From an uncultured bacterium (GTDB taxonomy: Bacteria > Fidelibacterota > Marinisomatia > Marinisomatales > UBA1611), in assembly GCA_965660855.1 (NCBI GenBank), contig CBFIBM010000015.1, forward strand, positions 1 through 16,979: a stretch of 16,979 nt of DNA, read 5' to 3'. The position numbers and the translations under genes are program-made. Position 1 is the first letter of the stretch; the number at the start of each line of letters is the position of its first letter. The notes beneath the pieces are model-generated. The model saw only the letters and a program-made list of their open reading frames with translations, did not search any database and was not told the origin of the DNA. Below are positions 7,096-16,979 of this stretch, piece by piece.

Positions 7096-7767
7096 TTATA
7101 ATGTATTGCATATTTCATGAAACGACTTTTTCTTTAGTTCTGGAATTTCAGCTTTTTTTGAAGGAAAGCCAACTGGTATTAGTAAACTAGCTTTTTCATT
7201 CTTAGGTCTTTCTAGTAATCTCTCTAAAAATCCCATTGGTGATGGAGTGTGGGTAAGGGTGACAAGCCCGGCACAATGAAGCGCTGATAATAGAAACCCC
7301 GAGGCGATACCTACAGATTCATTAACATAATAATTTTTACTTTTATTGTTTTTTAATAAATCATATCTCTTTTTAAAAACAACGATTAAAAACGGTGCTT
7401 CCTCTAAAAAAGGCTTGTTCCATGTCGTTTTAAATTTTTTTAAATCTTGTAACCAATAACCTGGAGCTCGGTCTTTATAAAATAATTTTTCTTCAGCTTC
7501 TGCAGCTTTTCGTATTTTTTCTTTCAGTAAATTATTTTTTACAATCGTAAAATGCCAAGGCTGTTTATTTGCTCCAGATGGAGCTGAATTTGCTACTTTT
7601 ATTGCATCTTGAAGTAATCCAATCGGAACCTTCTCTCTAGAAAATTCTCGTACTGATCTACGCAGCAACATCTTGTCATGGAATTTTCTTGATTCTTTTT
7701 CCATCATATCAAAAGATGTTTTTTTAAAAATCAACTTTTTAAATTTTTTACTAGTATTTTTTTCCAT
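7096..7767 (-). CDS. Nitroreductase superfamily flavoprotein, iodotyrosine deiodinase (IYD) subgroup
   Basis: RRSVREFS, APSGANKQPW, lid region IRKAAEAEEKLFY..WNKPFLEEAP, YYVNESVGIA, GLVTLTHTPSPMGFL, RPKNEK, LLIPVGFP, C-terminal PELKKK. Confidence 0.85.
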   Translation of the reverse strand: MEKNTSKKFKKLIFKKTSFDMMEKESRKFHDKMLLRRSVREFSREKVPIGLLQDAIKVANSAPSGANKQPWHFTIVKNNLLKEKIRKAAEAEEKLFYKDRAPGYWLQDLKKFKTTWNKPFLEEAPFLIVVFKKRYDLLKNNKSKNYYVNESVGIASGFLLSALHCAGLVTLTHTPSPMGFLERLLERPKNEKASLLIPVGFPSKKAEIPELKKKSFHEICNTL

Positions 7768-7800
7768 AGTTTATAAACATCACTTGTAAGGTTATTTTTT

Positions 7801-9174
7801 ATGAGACCACTTGAGCTAATTAGTCTTGTTTTTATTGGTATATCAATTTATCTATTAATCTATAAAAAAGATGAAAAAAACTTTTTACCAGCTTTATTTT
7901 TTTCAATACTACTTATTATTTTTCAATATTATTTTGAAGGTTTTCGTTGGCAACTAAATTTTGCTCTTTTTTTACTACCATTTTTATACTTTCAATATAA
8001 ACTCTCATTCCATCGCTTTCTTTTTTTTAAAATATTAACAAGTATCTGGTTTCTAACCTCTTTAATAGTTCCGGTGTTAATTCCTGTTTTTTCTTTACCT
8101 GAGCCAGCTGGAGCTCATGACATTGGAACAGAAACCTTTTATTGGAAAGATACGACAAGATTAGAGTGGTTTACAGAAGAAGATTCTCTGGATGTTCGAA
8201 AACTAATTGTACAGGCATGGTATCCTGGTAAAAAAGAGCCCCAGAGCCAACCTGAACCTTATTTAGACTACATAAAATTACGATCAAAAACAATGGCACA
8301 AGCCGGAAAAATCCCATCATTTTTCCCAACGCATTTAGAACATGTAAAGACTAATAACTTTAGAAATATTAATATTGCAAAACAAAAAGACGAAAAACTA
8401 CCTGTCTTGATTTTTTCCCATGGGATTACTGGTTCAAGACTCTTACATCAAATTCTGTTTGAGAGCTTAGCCAGTAAGGGTATTGTTGTATTTGCTTTAG
8501 ATCATAGTTATGATGCAAATATTTCAATTTTCCCCGACTCTACTATTGCAGACTACCGATCTGATTTGACTGGTAATACTGACAGTTTACAGTTACGAAA
8601 AAAACAAATAAACACGCGCGCAGAGGATATCAGTTTTGTATTTGATCAAATAGAGAAAATTCAAAAAAATAAGATAATCTCTAAATTAAACAATAGCTTA
8701 GACCTTAATAAAATTTCTGTTGGTGGGCACTCATATGGAGGAGCAACTGCAATATATGCTTCAAGCTTAGACAACAGAATAATTAGCTGTATTGCATTAG
8801 ATGGTTGGTTTAGTCCCCTCCCAGATGAAGTATTATCTTCGGGAATCAATATACCTATTCTTTGCCTGGGGAGGCCCTCTTGGGAAAATTCAGACTACCC
8901 ATTGAATTATGATAAATTGACAGCCTTAATTAAGAACTCAAAATCAGATAAGTTTAATATTTTTATAAAAAATACTTTGCATTTAGATTTTACAGATATT
9001 CCTGTTTTTTCACCATTGATAAAATATGTAATGGATGTGGGTTCAAACCCCCGTCATCTTTCTACTAACTTAGTAAATGATATCTCTTTTTTATTTCTAG
9101 AAAGAACAATAAATCATCGATATTCTGAAAATCTAGAAAATTATTTAAATGATAAAATTTTTATTCGAAAATAA
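7801..9174 (+). CDS. Membrane-anchored alpha/beta hydrolase (PAF-acetylhydrolase/chlorophyllase-like)
   Basis: About four N-terminal hydrophobic helices; LPEPAGAHDIGT, VQAWYP, PVLIFSHG, ALDH, nucleophile elbow GHSYGG, ALDGW, HLDFTD. Confidence 0.88.
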   Translation: MRPLELISLVFIGISIYLLIYKKDEKNFLPALFFSILLIIFQYYFEGFRWQLNFALFLLPFLYFQYKLSFHRFLFFKILTSIWFLTSLIVPVLIPVFSLPEPAGAHDIGTETFYWKDTTRLEWFTEEDSLDVRKLIVQAWYPGKKEPQSQPEPYLDYIKLRSKTMAQAGKIPSFFPTHLEHVKTNNFRNINIAKQKDEKLPVLIFSHGITGSRLLHQILFESLASKGIVVFALDHSYDANISIFPDSTIADYRSDLTGNTDSLQLRKKQINTRAEDISFVFDQIEKIQKNKIISKLNNSLDLNKISVGGHSYGGATAIYASSLDNRIISCIALDGWFSPLPDEVLSSGINIPILCLGRPSWENSDYPLNYDKLTALIKNSKSDKFNIFIKNTLHLDFTDIPVFSPLIKYVMDVGSNPRHLSTNLVNDISFLFLERTINHRYSENLENYLNDKIFIRK

Positions 9175-9372
9175 ATGTTTAGATCTATTTTTAGAATTAG
9201 TCTTGGGGTTGCCTTAGTAATAATTGGATTAATAGGAGGACTTATTCCTCTTTTTCAAGGATGGGTTTTTGGACTTCCAGGATTAATTATCCTTTCAGAC
9301 TACTTTCCTCCATTAAAAAAAACAATATCTTGGTTAAAGGAAAAATATTTAAATAAAACTAAAAATATTTGA
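9175..9372 (+). CDS. Small membrane protein (PGPGW/DUF454-like), 65 aa
   Basis: Starts immediately after the hydrolase stop; GVALVIIGLIGGLIPLFQGWVFGLPGLIILS helical hairpin followed by a basic tail. Confidence 0.7.
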   Translation: MFRSIFRISLGVALVIIGLIGGLIPLFQGWVFGLPGLIILSDYFPPLKKTISWLKEKYLNKTKNI

Positions 9373-9476
9373 TTATAGCCTTTTTATCTGGTTTTGATTG
9401 AATATAATTTCGGACTTCAATTTTTAAGATTTTGACATCATTAACTTATTAAATAGAAATTAAACTATGGCTTTGA

Positions 9477-10768
<1,292 letters not shown>

Positions 10769-10769
<1 letters not shown>

Positions 10770-13108
10770 TGGCATTTACAAAAGAAATTGTTGATTTTAG
10801 CGATCTTAATGATCGAGAAATCCAAGAAACTCTTGCAGGCCTAAACATATCTCTATCCTCAGAAGAAGTAAAAAAAATTCAAAACAAAATGCTGGGCAGA
10901 GCTCCCTCTATCTCCGAGTTGGTTTTATTCTCCATACAAGGATCAGAACACTGTAGCTATAAAAGTAGTCGGCCCTATTTAAAACAGTTTATTACGGAAA
11001 GCCCCGATGTAGTTCTTGGTGCGAAAGAAGATGCAGGAGTTGTTGCCGTTACAACAGATAATAGTGGAAAGCGCTGGTGTATTGTTATGAGCCATGAATC
11101 TCATAACCACCCCTCACAAATTGTTCCTTATGAGGGAGCAGCAACAGGAGTTGGGGGTAATGTAAGAGATGTTATGTGCATGGGTGCAGAAGTTATTGCT
11201 TGTACGGACTCTCTTCGCTTTGGAGAGATAAGCAAGAGCAAAACAAAATGGATCCACGAAGGTGTAGTATCAGGAATCGCTGGCTATGGAAACCCACTTG
11301 GTATTCCCAATATTGGAGGTGATTTGTACTATAATAAAGGGTATAATGAAAATTGCCTTGTGACACTAGTTACTTTAGGAATTGTCAGAGAAGATAATAT
11401 AATACATTCTTATGCACCTAAAAATGCCAATGGCTATGATTTAATTTTAATTGGGAAGCCCACTGATAATAGCGGATTTGGCGGTGCTAGCTTTGCTTCT
11501 GTTGAATTAGAAGAAGAAAAAAAAGAAAAAAACAAAGGTGCGGTGCAAGAACCAAATGCGTTTCTTGAAAGACATCTCCTTAAATCAACCTATGCTCTTT
11601 TTAATATATTAAGGAGTAAAAACTTAATTGACCAAGTTGGGTTTAAAGATTTAGGAGCCGGTGGTGTCGCCTGCGCAAGCGTAGAACTGGCAGAAACCTC
11701 TGGTTATGGTTCAGAAGTTTGGATGGATAAAGTACACAAAGGGATGGATGGCTTACACTCCTCTGTTTACCTGTGTAGTGAAACACAAGAACGATTTATG
11801 TGGGTTTGCCCACCATCCATAACAGAACTTATTGTTAATCATTATAACAAAACATTTGATCTCCCAAGTGTAAGTAGTGGTGCCAAAGCATCGGTAATAG
11901 GGAAAATTAGAGAAGATGGGCAATATATTGTTCATGATAAAAATGAAGAAATAGTTAATGCTGTTGCATCAGAAGTAACAAAAGGATTTTTATACAATCG
12001 ACCTTATGAGAATCCAAATAATGTTTTTTATGAACCTGAATTAAAAACACCTGCCAACTTTAATGAAATATTAATCAAAATAATGTCTCATGAGAATATG
12101 GCAAGTAGAAAGCCAGTTTTTGAACAATATGATAAACAGGTTCAAGGTAGAACATACACAGAATCTGGGATATCAAATTCTGGAATGCTCTCTCCTTTTA
12201 ATTCTTCAGATTATCCTCCTGAGATAAGAAATATTGGTGTTGCGCTTTCAACGGATCAAAATCCAAGATACGGATTAATAAGCCCTTATTGGGTTGGCGT
12301 TAATGCAACTGTTGAGTCTATGAGAAATGTTGCTTCATCAGGAGCTACACCCCACGCAATAACAGATTGTTTGTGTTTTGGTAACCCTGAAAAACCTAAG
12401 CAAATGTGGGAATTTGTTGAAAGCACAAAGGGGATTTCTGATGTTTGCAAAGTTATTACTTTAAAAGACCATCCTGGAATGCCGACTCCAATAATTGCAG
12501 GAAATGTTAGTTTTTATAATGAGTCAAAATCTGGTGCTATTCCTCCAAGCCCTATTGTTAGTTGTCTAGGTAGAATAAAAGATGTTAACAAATCTATCAG
12601 CATGAGTTTTAAAAAAAATAATTCTTTAATTTTAATGGTTGGAAAAAGAAAAAATGAACTTGGAGGCTCCATTTATTATGAACTTTTTAATGAACTTGGT
12701 GCAAATGTTCCAAAACCAGACTTAGAAGAAGTGAAAAATGAAATTTTTTCTTTAACAAGTTGTATAGATAATGAACTTATTATATCATGCCATGATATAA
12801 GTGATGGCGGTTTATCAAGCACTTTATCAGAAATGACCTTTAAAAATGAAATTGGCTGTACGATCAATTTTAAAAATCATAACCTTTCGTCAGAAGCTTT
12901 TTTATTCAGTGAAACAGGTGGGTTTATTCTTGAAGTTGAAGAAAAAAACTTGAAGGTTGTTGAACAAAAATTTAAAAAAAATAATATTGCTGTTATTTCC
13001 ATTGGGGAAACAAACTCCAGCAAAAAAATAAAAATAAATAACGAAATTAATATCAGCTTAATTCACGTGAAACAAGCATGGGAATCAGGTTTGCGAGACA
13101 AGCTTTAA
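10769..13108 (+). CDS. purL: Phosphoribosylformylglycinamidine synthase subunit PurL (small type, 779 aa)
   Basis: SEHCSYKSS, EDAGVV, ESHNHPS..PYEGAATGVGG, DLGAGG, SETQERF, QYDKQVQ, TDCLCFGNPE, GNVSFYNE, HDISDGGL; no fused glutaminase. Confidence 0.97.
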
Positions 13109-13127
13109 CCTTTGATGAAATTTAACT

Positions 13128-14165
13128 ATGAATAAAATTGATTATAAGTCTGCGGGTGTAGACATTGATGCCGGAAACGAAGCTGTTGAAAAAATTAAAG
13201 ACGGTGTAAAATCAACTTTTTCTAAAAATGTTTTAACAGGTTTGGGCAGCTTTGGCTCTCTTTATGATTTAAAGCCTCTTTTAGAAAACTATAAAAACCC
13301 TGTTCTAGTACAGAGTATTGATGGTGTTGGTACAAAAACAATTATTGCGCGAAAATTAAATAAATTTGATACCATTGGAATTGATTTATTAAGCGCTTGT
13401 GCTAATGATATCTTAGTTATGGGCGCAAGACCACTTACTTTTCTTGATTATATTGCAAATGACAAGTTAAAGCCAAATCGTATTGAAGAAATTGTTTCTG
13501 GAATGATTAAAGCTTGTAAGGAATCTAACGTTTCTTTAGTTGGTGGAGAAACTGCTGAAATGCCAGATACCTATTTACCAGGAGAACATGATTTAGTTGG
13601 AGTGATTACCGGTGTTGTTGATAAAGATAAAATTATCACAGGTGATACCATTATGCCTGGAGACGCTATTTTAGGCCTTCCTTCTAATGGTCTACATACA
13701 AATGGCTATTCCTTAGCTCGAAAACTTTTTTTTGATGTAGGAAAATATAATGTCAATGATACTATTGATGAACTTCCAAAATCAGTTGGACTTACCTTAT
13801 TGGAGCCTCATGTTAATTATACAAATCATGTGTTTACAGTATTAGACAATGGTATCCCTATAAAAGGAATTGCACATATAACGGGTGGTGGATTAATTGA
13901 AAATATTCCCCGCGTAGTTCCAGGCTCTTATGGAATTTTTATAGAACAAAACTCTTGGCCAAACCTTTCTGTTTTTGATATTATGAAGAGGATTGGAAAT
14001 ATAAGCGACGATGAAATGTTTCGCACCTTCAATATGGGGATAGGGATGGTCCTTATTGTTGAGAATAAACATATAGAATTAGCGAGAGAGTCGCTTAAAA
14101 ATATTTGCAATGTTTATGAAATTGGTGTTGTTACTGATAAAACTAATAGTGTGAAAATCTTATGA
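13128..14165 (+). CDS. purM: Phosphoribosylformylglycinamidine cyclo-ligase (AIR synthetase)
   Basis: YKSAGVDIDAGN, DGVGTK, FLDYIA, GGETAEMP, SNGLHTNGYSL, AHITGGG, EMFRTFNMGIGM. Confidence 0.98.
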   Translation: MNKIDYKSAGVDIDAGNEAVEKIKDGVKSTFSKNVLTGLGSFGSLYDLKPLLENYKNPVLVQSIDGVGTKTIIARKLNKFDTIGIDLLSACANDILVMGARPLTFLDYIANDKLKPNRIEEIVSGMIKACKESNVSLVGGETAEMPDTYLPGEHDLVGVITGVVDKDKIITGDTIMPGDAILGLPSNGLHTNGYSLARKLFFDVGKYNVNDTIDELPKSVGLTLLEPHVNYTNHVFTVLDNGIPIKGIAHITGGGLIENIPRVVPGSYGIFIEQNSWPNLSVFDIMKRIGNISDDEMFRTFNMGIGMVLIVENKHIELARESLKNICNVYEIGVVTDKTNSVKIL

Positions 14166-15421
14166 ATCCAAAGATTGCAATAATTCAATTTCCTGGTTCA
14201 AATACGGAAAGAGAAACTATCATGGCTTGTGAACGTGTAGGTCTAACACCAATTGAATTTTTGTGGAATGAGGACCCAAAAAAACTTTCTTCTTTTGATG
14301 GTTATATTATTGTGGGTGGTTTTTCATACGAAGATCGTTCAAGGTCGGGTGTCATCGCATCTTTGGAACCTATAATTGATCAATTAAAAATTGAGTCTGT
14401 AAAAGGCAAAGCAGTTCTTGGTATTTGTAATGGAGCACAGATTTTAGTAGAGTCTGGATTAATTCCAGGGTTTAAGGATTATGCTCTTGGCGTTGCACTT
14501 ACTGATAATAAAAGAATTAAAAATAATAATATTGTTGGAGTGGGTTATTATAATACATGGTCAGATTTAAAAATGGATATACGACCTAATCGATGTGCTT
14601 TTACAAGACATTTAAAAAAAGAAGAACTGATCAATATCCCTTTAGCTCATGGAGAAGGGCGCTTCATAATGAGCGATGAAGTTTTAAAAGATTTGGTAAA
14701 AAATGAACAAGCCGTTTTCCGCTACTGTAATAAACAAGGTGAAACTCTTGATGAATTTCCCGTTAATCCAAATGGATCCTTGTATAATATTGCAGCATTA
14801 TGTAATTCAAAGGGGAACGTTATGGCAATAATGCCCCATCCTGAAAGAACAAAAAATGGAGATCCAATTTTTTCTTCCTTGAAAGAATATATTCAAGAAA
14901 AAATCAATTTGCCTAACTCTGAATTAAGTTCTTTTGTCCCAAAGTCTCATATATCTTCTTTCTCACCTAGGGAAGGGGCAACAGAGTGGGTAGTAGACCA
15001 AATAATAACAGACAATGAAGCCTCTTCTGTTCAAAAAGCATTACAGAAAAAAGGTTTTAATGTTACGATAAAACGACAGGATCATTGGGAAATCTCTGTT
15101 GTCGGAAATACAAAGTCTATCCTACAATCCATTGACTTAAGCGGGGAGCTTTATAACTCAAATAAAGAGTTTATAAGCAAACTAACTAATGAAGAAAATA
15201 CAATATCTTTTCTAGTAAGAAAAAAAGAAGATATTTTGGCTCGATCTAAAACAGAGTCACTTAAAGAACGATTTAAAATAGACGGAATTACTAAAATAAA
15301 TTACGGTGTTGTCTGGAATGTAACAGTAAATAAAGGTAATTTTGAATCTATTATAACTGAATTAATTAACACTCAAATACTTTTTAATAAAATATCACAT
15401 GAATGCTATAGAATCAACTAA
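14162..15421 (+). CDS. purQ: FGAM synthase glutaminase subunit PurQ with C-terminal extension of about 170 aa (tandem PurS-like)
   Basis: FPGSN, GGFSYED, LGICNGAQILVESGL (catalytic Cys), AHGEGRF, NPNGS, MPHPER. The PurQ domain ends near aa 245 but the ORF is 419 aa. Confidence 0.95.
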   Translation: MNPKIAIIQFPGSNTERETIMACERVGLTPIEFLWNEDPKKLSSFDGYIIVGGFSYEDRSRSGVIASLEPIIDQLKIESVKGKAVLGICNGAQILVESGLIPGFKDYALGVALTDNKRIKNNNIVGVGYYNTWSDLKMDIRPNRCAFTRHLKKEELINIPLAHGEGRFIMSDEVLKDLVKNEQAVFRYCNKQGETLDEFPVNPNGSLYNIAALCNSKGNVMAIMPHPERTKNGDPIFSSLKEYIQEKINLPNSELSSFVPKSHISSFSPREGATEWVVDQIITDNEASSVQKALQKKGFNVTIKRQDHWEISVVGNTKSILQSIDLSGELYNSNKEFISKLTNEENTISFLVRKKEDILARSKTESLKERFKIDGITKINYGVVWNVTVNKGNFESIITELINTQILFNKISHECYRIN

Positions 15422-16385
15422 ACACTACAAAGATCGAATTAAATCGGAATTAAAAAACACTTTAACAGATACAAATTTAAGAGCTAAAGTAAAAAGAACT
15501 GGTAAAGTAAGAGATCAATATGAATTCGATAATAAAATCGTCCTTATAACAACAGACCGACAGAGTGCCTTTGACCGCGTCCTTGCTTCGATCCCATTTA
15601 AGGGACAAGTACTGAACCTTACGAGTGCATGGTGGTTTGAACAAACAAAACATATTATTGAAAATCAAGTTATTGAAATACCAGATCCTAACATTACCTT
15701 GGCTAAAAAATGTACTGTGTTTCCAATTGAATTTGTTGTGAGAGGTTTCATTACCGGTAGTACGAGCACTTCTCTTTGGACTGTCTATAGAAATGGAGAT
15801 CGCGAATACTGTGGAAATAAATTAGAAGAAGGCTTAGTGAAAAATCAAAAGCTAGATCAAAACATGTTAACTCCAACCACAAAAGAAGTAGAACATGATC
15901 GACCTATCTCCCCAAAAGAAATTGTTAGTGAGAATTGGATGACACAAGAAGACTGGGATTATTGTAGTAAAAAAGCTCTAGAACTCTTCTCTTTTGGTCA
16001 AAAAAAGGCAGCTGAAAATGGAATGATATTGGTAGATACCAAATATGAGATGGGTAAAGATGAAAATGGAAATATTGTTTTAATTGATGAAATACATACA
16101 CCGGACTCAAGTAGATACTGGGTTGCAGAATCATATGAAGAGCGTATCCATAAAGGAGAAGAACCTCAAAATATTGATAAGGAGTTTTTACGACTATGGT
16201 TTGTAGATAATTGTGATCCGTATAATGATAAAGAGCTTCCAGAAGCCCCTGATGATTTGGTTATTGAACTTTCAAGTAGATATATTTATTTGTATGAAAC
16301 AATAACTGGAGGCCTCTTCCCTTTTCCAGATTCAAAAAATTCAATAAATGATAGAATTAAAAACAACTTAAAGGACTTAATATGA
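15399..16385 (+). CDS. purC: SAICAR synthetase (long type)
   Basis: GKVRDQY, TDRQSAFD, IPFKGQVLN, PIEFVVRGFITGS, LTPTTK, ILVDTKYEMG, DEIHTPDSSRYW, DKEFLRLWF. Confidence 0.97.
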   Translation: MNAIESTKHYKDRIKSELKNTLTDTNLRAKVKRTGKVRDQYEFDNKIVLITTDRQSAFDRVLASIPFKGQVLNLTSAWWFEQTKHIIENQVIEIPDPNITLAKKCTVFPIEFVVRGFITGSTSTSLWTVYRNGDREYCGNKLEEGLVKNQKLDQNMLTPTTKEVEHDRPISPKEIVSENWMTQEDWDYCSKKALELFSFGQKKAAENGMILVDTKYEMGKDENGNIVLIDEIHTPDSSRYWVAESYEERIHKGEEPQNIDKEFLRLWFVDNCDPYNDKELPEAPDDLVIELSSRYIYLYETITGGLFPFPDSKNSINDRIKNNLKDLI

Positions 16386-16768
16386 AAGCAATCTTAATTA
16401 TGGGCTCAACTGCAGATGAACCACATGCAAAAAAAATAACTGATAAACTTGATGAGTACAATATAAAATGGGAGCAGCACGCGGCTTCCGCTCATAAACA
16501 ACCTTTAAAAGTCTTAGAAATATTAGAAAATAATAAAAGTAATAATGATATTATTTATATCACAATTGCCGGAAGATCTAATGCTTTATCTGGATTTGTT
16601 GCTGCAAATTCTCAATTTCCAACGATCGGATGCCCTCCATTTTCTGATAAGGCGGACATGCTCGTAAATATTCATTCTACACTTCAAATGCCTAGTAGCA
16701 CTCCCGTTCTCACAGTAATTGACCCAGGAAATTGTGCATTAGCTGTTAAACGGATATTTGGTGTATAG
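16382..16768 (+). CDS. purE: AIR carboxylase PurE, class II-like (128 aa)
   Basis: IMGSTAD, SAHK, YITIAGRSNALSGFV, PTIGCPP, STLQMPS; ATGA overlap with purC. Confidence 0.92.
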   Translation: MKAILIMGSTADEPHAKKITDKLDEYNIKWEQHAASAHKQPLKVLEILENNKSNNDIIYITIAGRSNALSGFVAANSQFPTIGCPPFSDKADMLVNIHSTLQMPSSTPVLTVIDPGNCALAVKRIFGV

Positions 16769-16979
16769 TAGACTTGGAGCAATTTCTCCTCTTGATGGTC
16801 GTTATGGAAAAAGCGTAAAACTTCTATCACCTTATTTTTCCGAAGCTGCATTAATACGGTATCGGATTTATATTGAAGTCGAATACTTAATTGCTCTAAG
16901 TAATGAGAAGAGCATTAAGGAATTAAAAGTTTTTACACAAAAAGAAATAAAAAAACTCAGAAACCTTTACCAAGACTTT
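16761..16979 (+). CDS. purB: Adenylosuccinate lyase, 5' part (runs off window)
   Basis: GTG 16761 (or TTG 16758) gives MYSRLGAISPLDGRYGKSVKLLSPYFSEAALIRYRIYIEVEYLIAL..., open to the edge. AISPLDGRY and YFSE are typical of E. coli-type PurB. Overlaps the purE stop. Confidence 0.92.
   Translation, partial: MYSRLGAISPLDGRYGKSVKLLSPYFSEAALIRYRIYIEVEYLIALSNEKSIKELKVFTQKEIKKLRNLYQDF

Noticed and set aside
9373..9476. Purine/ZTP/PRPP riboswitch, PurR box or firm promoter call upstream of purA
   Set aside because: The spacer is short and unstructured. TATAAT (9403-9408) and TTGACA (9432-9437) are present, but neither has a well-spaced consensus partner.
9471..9476. CTT-TGA as a prfB-type +1 frameshift site or a Sec codon before purA
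   Set aside because: It lies in the purA frame upstream of the conserved N-terminus, with no upstream ATG in that frame, no internal SD and no SECIS-like hairpin.

Overview
AT-rich bacterial chromosomal window. The TonB-receptor style and gene content suggest a marine FCB-related lineage such as Ca. Marinimicrobia; this is inference only. Minus strand, left arm: arsC, an EEP-family lipoprotein, a putative outer-membrane protein, then a TonB-dependent receptor that runs off the left edge and is missing from the ORF track. Middle: an Lrp/AsnC regulator and type II glutamine synthetase converge, across a bidirectional hairpin, on an iodotyrosine-deiodinase-like nitroreductase plus short asparaginase. 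These are followed by a membrane alpha/beta hydrolase and a small membrane protein. Right arm: purA-purL-purM-purQ-purC-purE-purB(partial). Main surprises: (1) arsC extends upstream through an in-frame TGA exactly at catalytic Cys12 and is followed by a SECIS-like hairpin, so it is a probable selenoprotein; (2) PurQ carries a C-terminal tandem PurS-like fusion; (3) PurE is class II (PAICS-like, PurK-independent); (4) a DtxR/MntR-like palindrome overlaps the predicted -10 of the TonB receptor. No rRNA, tRNA, CRISPR array or mobile element was recognised.
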